21,191 nucleotides of DNA from contig JBDRHK010000004.1 in assembly GCA_043816965.1 (NCBI GenBank), positions 1 through 21,191 of the forward strand, read 5' to 3'. Below the pieces are notes generated by a model, which was not told the origin of the DNA, did no database searches, and saw only the letters and a list, made by a program, of their open reading frames with translations. Made by a program: the position numbers and the translations under genes. Shown here piece by piece: positions 1 through 7,939 of the stretch (positions are counted from its first letter, which is position 1; every line of letters starts with the position of its first letter). The DNA comes from Candidatus Iainarchaeum sp. (GTDB taxonomy: Archaea > Iainarchaeota > Iainarchaeia > Iainarchaeales > JAFCCJ01).

Positions 1-1095
1 AATTTCAGGCAGATTTACAATGGCTGGTTTAAAATTGGCTGGACTGTTGAACCAATAGCATTGCAAGGTGAACAGATCATTAGGGAAATAGTGAAGGGGC
101 AGAAACAGAAAATCTTCTCAATTCTTACCTCCACGACAAAAAAGAGTTTCAGTAGGCGTAGTGAGGAGGATTTGCTAAAGATTGCGGTGAAGAAAAAGAA
201 TGGGGCGGATGTATCTAAGGATATTGAAGAACATGCAATAAATTATTACTGGCTGCACAACAGCTATTTTAAAACACAAATTCTTGGCCAGGATTTTTTC
301 AAAAAGGATTTAGAGCTCACTCTCAAGGAACGGCCAAACCCAAAACAGTATTTGGAAGAACTGGAGAATCTTGCAAAAAATCTGAAGGAAGAAAAGGAAT
401 CAACCATTAAGGAATTGAATTTGGGGGAGCATAGAAAACTTATTGAGCTTATTGACCTCTTTGGCTGGTTTCAGGATTATAGGAAGGAATACATAATGCA
501 GGCCTGCCATTTCCTCGATGTTTTGCTTGCGGAGATTGGCAAAAGGGCAGGCATTTCCACTTGGGAGATGAAATACACCTTTCCCAAAGATTTGCCTATG
601 ATTCTTGATGGGAAGTTCGATAAAAATGAGATTACTGCAAGACAGAAAAATTGTATAATTGTATGGAAAGAATTCGAAGATGATTATGAATTTCTAACCG
701 GGGAGAAAGCACTGGAAAAGGAGCAAGAGCTATTTCCTAGTGAGGAAAAAACCAAAGAAATTTTGGAAATTCGCGGAATGACTGCCTGCCAGGGAAGAGT
801 GCAGGGGGAGGCCTTTGTTTCCATGAGTGCTGAGGAAGCAAAGAACATTAAACCAGGGCAGATTCTTGTGACTTCGATGACCTCGCCAGATTTTGTTATT
901 GCGATGAAAAAGGCGGCGGCGATTGTCACCAATGAAGGGGGCATAACATGCCATGCCGCAATTATCAGCAGGGAATTTGGGGTTCCCTGCATTGTGGGAA
1001 CTAGAATCGCAACAAAATTATTGAAAACCGGTGATTACATAGAGGTTGACGGGAATCATGGGTTTGTTAGGAAATTGGTGAAGGAATCAATCTGA
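1..1095 (+). CDS. PEP-utilising enzyme mobile (phospho-His swivel) domain protein, 5' truncated by the window edge
   Basis: Frame is open from base 1. C-terminus carries GQILVTSMTSPDF...AIVTNEGGITCHAAIISREFGVPCIVG...VDGNHGFV, the PEP-utilisers His motif. The ORF ends right after this domain. Confidence 0.85.
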   Translation, partial: NFRQIYNGWFKIGWTVEPIALQGEQIIREIVKGQKQKIFSILTSTTKKSFSRRSEEDLLKIAVKKKNGADVSKDIEEHAINYYWLHNSYFKTQILGQDFFKKDLELTLKERPNPKQYLEELENLAKNLKEEKESTIKELNLGEHRKLIELIDLFGWFQDYRKEYIMQACHFLDVLLAEIGKRAGISTWEMKYTFPKDLPMILDGKFDKNEITARQKNCIIVWKEFEDDYEFLTGEKALEKEQELFPSEEKTKEILEIRGMTACQGRVQGEAFVSMSAEEAKNIKPGQILVTSMTSPDFVIAMKKAAAIVTNEGGITCHAAIISREFGVPCIVGTRIATKLLKTGDYIEVDGNHGFVRKLVKESI

Positions 1096-1112
1096 AAGGG
1101 GACGGACTGCGA

Positions 1113-1619
1113 TTATAACAAATGCTGGTTAGTAACTCCGCGCCTTCTCAAAAAGAGGTAAATCTTGTGGAGTTTCAGACCAACCTCTTTTTCCAACTCA
1201 TTAAGTAGTTCAAATTGACCTTTTTCAATATATTTATTCCTGCCCTGTTCAAATATATACTTCCTTGTTTTCTCAGAATTCATCTTAAATGCCTCTTCAA
1301 GTTTCCTCACCAATTTTGGCTGCACTCTCCTCAGCCTCTCATATGAGTAGCCCGCTGACTTTAAACGTTCCCTCCCATGGGGCTCCTCCTCAAACATCAT
1401 TTTAAAGTTAAAAGTCCAAAGGTCTTTGGAATTATGGACTATTAAATCTATTGCTTCTCTTTGCCTCCTTTTCTGTTCTTCAGACAGCCTTTCTTTCTTC
1501 TCCTGAAGCGCCATTTTCTCTTCAAGAGTTTTAGGACGGGGTTTGCTATGGAAAGTATCTGACAATTTCTTAAGCTTCTTCCATTGAATAGAGGTCATCG
1601 GCCTTCCTATTCTGCGCAT
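1113..1619 (-). CDS. Hypothetical basic, helical protein (168 aa)
   Basis: Long ORF with ATG start after an AT-rich upstream region; K/R/E-rich; no recognisable motif. Confidence 0.65.
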   Translation of the reverse strand: MRRIGRPMTSIQWKKLKKLSDTFHSKPRPKTLEEKMALQEKKERLSEEQKRRQREAIDLIVHNSKDLWTFNFKMMFEEEPHGRERLKSAGYSYERLRRVQPKLVRKLEEAFKMNSEKTRKYIFEQGRNKYIEKGQFELLNELEKEVGLKLHKIYLFLRRRGVTNQHLL

Positions 1620-1698
1620 ATTTAATAATAAGCATCATAAAGAATAAAATCCAATCATAAATCCTTATTCATGTTGAAAAGGAACGATTGACGGATTT

Positions 1699-1736
1699 TG
1701 GGTTGCGCAACCCACCCGCATACCGGGCAGCTGCGG
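1699..1736. repeat. GC-rich palindrome/hairpin pair in an AT-rich intergenic region
   Basis: Perfect 16-bp palindrome TGGGTTGCGCAACCCA (1699-1714) plus a CCGCA/TGCGG stem (1716-1720/1732-1736). Confidence 0.55.
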
Positions 1737-1758
1737 TTGAATAAAAAATCAGGAATAA

Positions 1759-2388
1759 TCACTTTCCGGATTTAATCGCATACAAGCAAACCCAACCCGG
1801 TTTTGGCGGGGTTGAAAGTTCGCCTGTTAAATCAAAATCAGTGACTATTGTAATTAAATCAACATTAAAGCCCGAATCTTCAATGAATTCCTCGATTTCC
1901 TCAGGCGAGTAAAAACTGTAGAACCTTTCTCCTGCCTGGTCAGGAACTTTCCTTTCACCTTCCCCGAGTTTTATGGAAACAAACAAGATGCCATTATCCT
2001 TCAGAATTCTTCTGAATTCCGCCAGGGCGATATGGGCATCTTCCTTGTCAAGGTTTGCTATTGAGGCACAGGCCCAGACCCCGTCATAAGATTTATCTGG
2101 AAATTCCATTTTCCTGATATCTCCCTCATAAAAATTAGCTTCAGGATATTTCTCCTTGTCATATTTGATTGCCTTTGTTGAGTAATCAATCCCATCAACA
2201 TCAAATCCCCTTTCCATGAATTCAGGGACATCCCTTCCTCCGCCACAGCCTGCATCAAGTATTTTCTTTCCATCCAGATATTTAACAAACTTGCCTATCT
2301 GGTTCTTCCAGATGTATGAGTAACTTTTTTCCCTGTGCCATTCAAAACCATTTTCATAGTCTTTTTTGGTTTCTTCGTAGTCTTTCAT
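1759..2388 (-). CDS. Class I SAM-dependent methyltransferase
   Basis: Motif I ILDAGCGGG, GIDYS, YDGVWACAS, RILKDNGILFVS. Confidence 0.9.
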   Translation of the reverse strand: MKDYEETKKDYENGFEWHREKSYSYIWKNQIGKFVKYLDGKKILDAGCGGGRDVPEFMERGFDVDGIDYSTKAIKYDKEKYPEANFYEGDIRKMEFPDKSYDGVWACASIANLDKEDAHIALAEFRRILKDNGILFVSIKLGEGERKVPDQAGERFYSFYSPEEIEEFIEDSGFNVDLITIVTDFDLTGELSTPPKPGWVCLYAIKSGK

Positions 2389-2429
2389 TATAACAATATA
2401 AAATAGGTTCTAATTATAAAAATTAAAGT

Positions 2430-3239
2430 ATGGCTCTGAAAGAGGAAATTACTGAATTATATCGCAAAACGGCCACAGAACTCCCCAAAGACGTGTTTTC
2501 TGCGCTGGAAATGGCGAAAGAAAGCGAAGATGGTGGAGGAAAGGAAATACTTTCAAAAATCCTTGAAAATTCTAATATGGCAAAAACCAGCTCCAAGCCC
2601 ATCTGCCAGGACACAGGAATTCCAATTTTTTATGTTAAGCGGCCTGCAGATAAATCCGAAAAGGAATTGAGAGAAATTATTGGCGAGGCAACAATTGCCG
2701 CCACAGAGGAAATTCCTTTGAGGCCAAATGCAGTGGATAGTTTAACTGATAAAAATCTAGGGAATAAACCAATAATCCATTTTAAGGAATCAGATAAATT
2801 GGAAATTGGCCTTATTCTCAAGGGAGGGGGTTCGGAAAATGTTTCTGCGATTTACAAACTACCGGATTCAAATTTGAATGCAGGAAGGAATCTGGACGGA
2901 GTAAGGAGAGTAGTTCTTGACACTGTTTTCAGGGCGCAGGGAAAGGGCTGTCCTCCATACTTCGTAGGAGTTGCAATTGCAGGGAGCATGGAGGAGGCAA
3001 TGCACCTTTCCAAGAAACAATTGTTGCGGAATCTGGATGATGTTAATTCAAATCCTGAATTGAAAAATTTTGAGGAAAATGTTTTGGGAGAGATTAATGA
3101 ATTAGGAATAGGCCCTCTTGGGTTGGGGGGTAAGGCAACTGCATTAGGAGTTAAGGCCGCCACTGCCCCTAGGCATCCTGCCTCATTTTTTGTTGGAATT
3201 TCAATTGGATGCTGGTGCATGAGGAGACAGAGTTTATGA
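2430..3239 (+). CDS. Class I Fe-S fumarate hydratase / tartrate dehydratase, alpha subunit
   Basis: PICQDTG, KGGGSEN, GCPP, GIGPLGLGG, RHPAS and CWCMRR motifs. Confidence 0.92.
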   Translation: MALKEEITELYRKTATELPKDVFSALEMAKESEDGGGKEILSKILENSNMAKTSSKPICQDTGIPIFYVKRPADKSEKELREIIGEATIAATEEIPLRPNAVDSLTDKNLGNKPIIHFKESDKLEIGLILKGGGSENVSAIYKLPDSNLNAGRNLDGVRRVVLDTVFRAQGKGCPPYFVGVAIAGSMEEAMHLSKKQLLRNLDDVNSNPELKNFEENVLGEINELGIGPLGLGGKATALGVKAATAPRHPASFFVGISIGCWCMRRQSL

Positions 3240-3784
3240 TTAGGCTGAAAACTCCGCTCAAGGGAGAGGAAATTCTCAAACTAAATGTCGGAGATAATGT
3301 CCTTCTTAGCGGAACCATATTTACTGCAAGGGACAAGGCACATGTGTTTCTGCTGGAGAATGATTTTGATAAAGTAAAGGATTCGGTGATTTATCACTGC
3401 GGGCCAATCATTAAGGATGGTAAAGCGGTTGCTGCCGGCCCAACAACAAGCTCAAGGATGAATCCCCACACCCCAAAAATGATTGAGAAATATGGGGTGA
3501 AGGCGATTATTGGCAAGGGTGGGATGGATAATTCAGTTCTTGGTGCGCTGAAAGGGAAGGCAATTTACTTTTCCGCCTTGGGTGGTGCCGCAGTTATTTA
3601 TGCAAAGGCAATTTCAGTTAAGGGAGTGGACAAGGAGGAATTTGGGATGCCTGAAGCGATTTGGGAATTCGAGGTTAAGGATTTTCCAGTTGTTGTTGCA
3701 ATGGATGCTAAAGGAAACAGTTTGTATGAAAAGATTTACGGGGAATCTGAGAAGGTTTTTCGGAAGCTGATTGGCCAAGCATAA
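3236..3784 (+). CDS. Class I Fe-S fumarate hydratase / tartrate dehydratase, beta subunit
   Basis: TARDKAH, YHCGP, AGPTTSSRM, IIGKGGM, GMPEAIW. The ATG at 3236 overlaps the alpha stop (ATGA), so it is preferred over the track start at 3209. Confidence 0.92.
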   Translation: MIRLKTPLKGEEILKLNVGDNVLLSGTIFTARDKAHVFLLENDFDKVKDSVIYHCGPIIKDGKAVAAGPTTSSRMNPHTPKMIEKYGVKAIIGKGGMDNSVLGALKGKAIYFSALGGAAVIYAKAISVKGVDKEEFGMPEAIWEFEVKDFPVVVAMDAKGNSLYEKIYGESEKVFRKLIGQA

Positions 3785-3787
3785 GTT

Positions 3788-4561
3788 CTATTTCCTGCCA
3801 ATATAAATTCCATTTCCAAGATATTTGGCTATGTTAAATGTGGGGGGAGTCAATCCCAGCATATAATTCCTGTACTCTTTATTTTTAATGAAAAGTAAAA
3901 TCACTTTATATCCCATGGCAAAATCACGCAATTCCATCAGGCTAAGCTCATCCAGAAATTGTTTCAGCGCGTTGGGCCTGTAGAATTTTACAGAAATATC
4001 TTTCAGCCCTGAAGATTCGAGCAATTTTTTCCAGCCGTAGGAATTATGGAAATCCCCGCCCATCGTCCTTTCCATGTAGTCGATGATTTCTTCGGTTGGT
4101 GTTTCTGACCAGGTCAGTTCATTAATCCCGACATGCCCTCCTGGCTTTGCAACCCTCTTAAACTCAGTTATCCCCTTTTGCTTATCATCGAAAAATGCAA
4201 CTACTGATTCGCAAATTACCGCATCAAAAGTGTTGTCTGCGAAGGGCATATTCTGCGCATCGGCAACTTTAAACTCAACCTTATCCTCAATTCCTTTTCT
4301 CTTTGCCCTTTTCTTTGACTCCCTAATCATGCCCTCATAAAGGTCAATCCCCATCACCTTGCAGCCAATTTCTTTTGCAAGGTAACATGCTGTTTTTCCA
4401 ACTCCACAGCCAACATCCAGCACATATTTGCTTTCATCAATTCTGCATAAGTCAATGAGCTCATTCGTGGCTTTTTTGCCGCCGATATGCTTTGTTATGC
4501 CAATCTCAGCATGCATCCCAAAATAGAGATCAATCGGTTTTTTCGTTTTTTCAGTTTCCAT
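3788..4561 (-). CDS. Class I SAM-dependent methyltransferase
   Basis: HIGG...VLDVGCGVG, ADAQNMPFADNTFDAVICES, RVAKPGG. ATG at 4561 follows GGTG; alternative start 4582. Confidence 0.9.
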   Translation of the reverse strand: METEKTKKPIDLYFGMHAEIGITKHIGGKKATNELIDLCRIDESKYVLDVGCGVGKTACYLAKEIGCKVMGIDLYEGMIRESKKRAKRKGIEDKVEFKVADAQNMPFADNTFDAVICESVVAFFDDKQKGITEFKRVAKPGGHVGINELTWSETPTEEIIDYMERTMGGDFHNSYGWKKLLESSGLKDISVKFYRPNALKQFLDELSLMELRDFAMGYKVILLFIKNKEYRNYMLGLTPPTFNIAKYLGNGIYIGRK

Positions 4562-4700
4562 TCCTGCACCCGGAATTCGCATTTGTTCTACTTTTATAAT
4601 AATATTCGGGAAATAATAAACTTATTCTTCTAAAATCTGGAAAATAGGTTAGTTTGTGGCAAAAAAAGCCCGAATTTGCACAAATAGGAGGTTAGATTGC

Positions 4701-5315
4701 CTATTGTTTTATGATGCAGAAGTAGCCTATTGGCGTTTCAATGATTCGTCCATTCCATTTTTCTACTTCTTCTTCGAGATATCTTTTGATGTTTACAAAT
4801 TCTTTTGTGTGAAAGACATTGTTTTCTATGCCTTTTAATTCCAGATTGATTGATTTAAAGTATTCTTTCGCCAGTTTGTCAGTAAACTTTTTCCCGTATA
4901 CTGAAAGGATAACCGTCTTGCCAAGTTCTTTCATGTTTTCAATTGCTTTCTCCTGTTCTGGAATGTACCCCAAGGTATTGTTGAGACAAATTACATAGTC
5001 AAAACCTGAAACAGACTGAGGTTTCGTGATATCTCCAAGAACCAGTTCTGCTTTCAAGCCAACTTTTTTCAAGTTCCTTTTGCTGGCTTCAACCATTCCT
5101 TTTTCCATATCCAAACCGGTGATTTTTAAGTCAGGCCTGGCTCTCAGCAAAGCAATCATTCTAGTTCCATCCATACACCCAACCTGGAGAACGCTTGCAT
5201 TCAAAGAAAGCTCTTTTTTCAACAGTTCAATTTCAAAAAGCCAGTTTTCCTTATTGGGCTTGGGAATATTATCCAATTCGTCACACTTTATGTAAACTTC
5301 ATTTGGTGAAGGCAT
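4701..5315 (-). CDS. Class I SAM-dependent methyltransferase (variant motif I)
   Basis: VLQVGCMDG, ITGLD, LGDI, FDYVICLNNTLGYI. Confidence 0.8.
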   Translation of the reverse strand: MPSPNEVYIKCDELDNIPKPNKENWLFEIELLKKELSLNASVLQVGCMDGTRMIALLRARPDLKITGLDMEKGMVEASKRNLKKVGLKAELVLGDITKPQSVSGFDYVICLNNTLGYIPEQEKAIENMKELGKTVILSVYGKKFTDKLAKEYFKSINLELKGIENNVFHTKEFVNIKRYLEEEVEKWNGRIIETPIGYFCIIKQ

Positions 5316-5410
5316 ACTAACTCAAACAAACAAAATTATTAAAAAACCCGAAACTGCAAAAAAAAGGGGCTAGCAAAGATTAATTAATAAGGTAAGGGCA
5401 ATAGATTTCT

Positions 5411-5560
5411 ATGGCTGGTTTATTTAGGCGAACAAGGCCAAAAGGGCTGTCGCAAGCAGCTTCAAGGCCGAGAAGAAGAGTGCTTCTCCCAGATGAGACA
5501 GGCACAGTCCATAACGTTAGAAGAATAAAAAAGTGGCGCGGGCATCTGGTAAAACAATGA
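5411..5560 (+). CDS. Small Arg-rich protein (49 aa), not in the ORF track
   Basis: Manual translation MAGLFRRTRPKGLSQAASRPRRRVLLPDETGTVHNVRRIKKWRGHLVKQ*. TATA-like TTAATTAA at 5380-5387, about 23 nt before the ATG; T-run after the stop. Confidence 0.55.
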   Translation: MAGLFRRTRPKGLSQAASRPRRRVLLPDETGTVHNVRRIKKWRGHLVKQ

Positions 5561-5647
5561 CCTTTTTTTATGCAGAACGCCCTTTTGCACAAAAACCCCG
5601 GTTTGAAATCCAAATTGTAATTCTTTTATGTGCAAAGCATCCTGAAA

Positions 5648-5702
5648 CCGAAAGGTATATATATGTCATGATACTATCATGATACAGCATGACAAATCAT
5701 GA
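5648..5702 (+). promoter_or_regulatory. BRE/TATA promoter with four phased (T/G)CATGA boxes
   Basis: CCGAAAG (5648-5654) then TATATATA (5656-5663); CATGA at 5667, 5678, 5688 and 5698. Confidence 0.7.
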
Positions 5703-6168
5703 TCCGAGGAAAAGTTTTTTAAAAGCAACTGAGGTCTGGAAGAAGATAGACCCAAAATTCGCAGAGTTGACCCTGGACCTTAAGGATGTGCTTGAAAACT
5801 CAAAAGACCCAGTATTTGTTGGGGCAATGCTTTTCAAGTTGTCACAGGAAAGGGAAAGGACAAACAAAATCCTTGAGCAGATAAACGACAACTATGACAG
5901 GATTATGTTTCAGCTGAAAACAGGGGAGACAACCGTGGCATCTGAAACGCCTGTTGAGAAGGCGGTCTTTAATGTTCTCCCGGAACAAGACCAAATAATT
6001 TTGAAATTTGTTGATGATAGAGGATCGGTGACAGCAACAGATGTGAAATCCATAATGAACTATAAAGGATTGAACGCAGCTTCACAAAGACTTAATAAAC
6101 TCTTCAAGGAGGGCTATCTCAAGAAAGTACAGTCTGGAAAGAGAGTATTATACTTGGCAAAAAGCTAA
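5689..6168 (+). CDS. Coiled-coil plus C-terminal winged helix-turn-helix DNA-binding protein
   Basis: C-terminal LPEQDQIILKFV...VTATDVKSIMNYKGLNAASQRLNKLFKEGYLKKVQSGKRVLY has a wHTH pattern; N-terminal half is helical with heptad character. Confidence 0.75.
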   Translation: MTNHDPRKSFLKATEVWKKIDPKFAELTLDLKDVLENSKDPVFVGAMLFKLSQERERTNKILEQINDNYDRIMFQLKTGETTVASETPVEKAVFNVLPEQDQIILKFVDDRGSVTATDVKSIMNYKGLNAASQRLNKLFKEGYLKKVQSGKRVLYLAKS

Positions 6169-6173
6169 GGGTC

Positions 6174-6251
6174 GGGTATAGGGCATTGCATTACTATTTT
6201 ACCCCCACCTCCTTTGCCGCTTGGCAAAGAACTGTAGTGCCCCTAATACCC
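6174..6251 (+). ncRNA. Candidate structured RNA (3' UTR or sRNA) with an anti-SD-like loop
   Basis: Outer stem 6174-6190/6233-6251 with two G-U pairs that form only on the + strand; inner hairpin CTTTGCC-GCTT-GGCAAAG (6212-6229); CACCTCCTT at 6206-6214. Confidence 0.5.
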
Positions 6252-6301
6252 TTTCTCCTTAACTCCCAAAAACTTTGGAAACTCCAGAGCCTTTTTGTCT
6301 C

Positions 6302-6332
6302 GCCCCGCACATAAGTGCGGGGTTCTATTTTT
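6302..6332 (+). terminator. Strong hairpin plus T-run between convergent genes
   Basis: GCCCCGCAC-ATAA-GTGCGGGGT followed by TCTATTTTTT. Confidence 0.55.
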
Positions 6333-6357
6333 TAAAAAACCAGAATTAGTTTTTGAA

Positions 6358-7404
6358 TCAGGCGCATCTTCCGTCAATGCATTGCCCTGAGCATACTATT
6401 GGTTCGCCAGCACATCTGTTTGCTGCGCCACCAGTGCAGTAGTACTCCATTACGTCCTTCGAGCCGGGGCAGTAATCGGTGAGGCGCTGGATGAAATCCG
6501 TGCCTACATTCATGTCTGCAACCTCTATGCAGGTCCCCTTAATTGAAACAATCTTGCCTGCCTCACCTGTTTGGTCTGAATCCCCGTCAGTGCAATTCCA
6601 CGAAAGTACGGGGTTCTTGCAGCAGGGACTCCCGTCCTTGGCCTTTATAACATCACCCGCAAGGCAAAAGCCAACCCCTGATGCATGGTATCCTTTTTGA
6701 GATTCACAGCTGCAATCCGCATCCCCCTCAGGACAGCCAGACTTGCAGCCATCTCCATTGAGACAGGTAGCTGTTGATTCACATGAAAATTTCGGGCAGC
6801 ATTTGGAGCTGTCGGAAGCAGTGACATAAGATTTCTTGCAAAACTCATATTCCTGGCACTCATAGCCGTTCAGCTGCTCACATCTCTTCTGCACGCACTC
6901 AGAAAGGCAGCATCTTGTGGAATCATATGAAAGGTTAACCTCTGCCTGGCAGATTTTCTGCGCGGTACAAATGTTTCCCCCCTGTTGTGAACAGGTTTTC
7001 AGCTTGCACATCCCCCCCTCACAATTCTCATTATTGCTGCAACCGACATCCTGGCAGCAGTTAAACCTCGTTTCACCGGTATCTACCAGCCCATTGCCAC
7101 AGCTGCCAAGTTTAACACAGGTGCCATTGGCACAGGCCTGCCCGGCACCGCATTTAACATCAACAGGGCAATTAAGGCATGTTTCCCCGCCATCAGACTT
7201 ATCATTTCCGCAGAGCTCAGGATTGGGGGGAACTGTTCCGCCATTTGAGCCATTGCCAATTGATGGCGGTTCGCCACAATCTTCTGGGCAGCTGAATTTG
7301 CTCTCCGTCCACTTATCGCAATAATCATCACCACAACCAGGATTAACGCAACCCAAAAGCAGAATAAAAACCAAAACAGGAAATAACAGCAGCAACTTAT
7401 TCAT
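6358..7404 (-). CDS. Secreted or lipid-anchored Cys-rich modular surface protein
   Basis: Signal MNKLLLLFPVLVFILLLG-C (lipobox-like), followed by repeated CG(N/D)..GE...C..D modules, C-x5-G-x2-C...CC modules and a C-terminal CTD..KG..D.C...EYYC module. Confidence 0.85.
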   Translation of the reverse strand: MNKLLLLFPVLVFILLLGCVNPGCGDDYCDKWTESKFSCPEDCGEPPSIGNGSNGGTVPPNPELCGNDKSDGGETCLNCPVDVKCGAGQACANGTCVKLGSCGNGLVDTGETRFNCCQDVGCSNNENCEGGMCKLKTCSQQGGNICTAQKICQAEVNLSYDSTRCCLSECVQKRCEQLNGYECQEYEFCKKSYVTASDSSKCCPKFSCESTATCLNGDGCKSGCPEGDADCSCESQKGYHASGVGFCLAGDVIKAKDGSPCCKNPVLSWNCTDGDSDQTGEAGKIVSIKGTCIEVADMNVGTDFIQRLTDYCPGSKDVMEYYCTGGAANRCAGEPIVCSGQCIDGRCA

Positions 7405-7408
7405 CAAA

Positions 7409-7864
7409 TCACTCCAGCTCCTTAATGGATTCCTTCAGCTGCTCAATTAGCCTTCGGCTATTCTTTATCTGGCTATAGGCATTCTCTGTCCCGGCGTCCT
7501 TAAAGGAAACCTCAAATTCACCGCCCTCATTCTTCTCAAGATTGACGCTTTTGCCGTACTTTTCCTTAAGGCCAAGGATAAGCTCTTCCTCCTTTATCAC
7601 AACATCAAGCCTGCTGTTTATGAGGTTTTTCAGCTTGTTAAGGTCAAGAATATGCTGCTGCAGCTCCTCGTAAAGGCCTCTCTTGTCCATGGAATGTGGG
7701 GCGATATTTATTGGAACTGACTGCAGGCCTTTCTTTGTTATTGCATTGTCCAATTCGTCCCTTTTCCCCTCTACCTCGGCAAGAATCTTCTTGAATTTCT
7801 CTATCTCAGAATCAATCCTGGAAATCAAAAACTTAAGCCTTTCTTCCTGTTCCTTTAAGTCCAT
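7409..7864 (-). CDS. Coiled-coil hypothetical protein
   Basis: Heptad-rich E/K/L sequence; ATG at 7864 (alternative GTG at 7876); ends 4 nt before the Cys-rich gene, so probably co-transcribed. Confidence 0.75.
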   Translation of the reverse strand: MDLKEQEERLKFLISRIDSEIEKFKKILAEVEGKRDELDNAITKKGLQSVPINIAPHSMDKRGLYEELQQHILDLNKLKNLINSRLDVVIKEEELILGLKEKYGKSVNLEKNEGGEFEVSFKDAGTENAYSQIKNSRRLIEQLKESIKELE

Positions 7865-7939
7865 TTTCCACAACACCAGTAAACTAAATCTATAATTATT
7901 TAGACTTAAGTCTTTAAATACTTAAAGCGATAACTATTT

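Noticed and set aside
5400..5560. Possible ncRNA from short stems (GCTG/CAGC, GAGAAG/CTTCTC, CCAGATG/CATCTGG) and the minus ORF 5380-5613
   Set aside because: Stems are short and partly incompatible, with no SRP or RNase P motifs; the + strand 49-aa ORF with promoter and terminator signals explains the region better.
6165..6215. Minus-strand AAGGAGGTG SD with an 8-codon ORF MQCPIPDP
   Set aside because: SD-to-ATG spacing of about 14 nt is too long, the ORF is tiny, and G-U pairs favour a + strand RNA.
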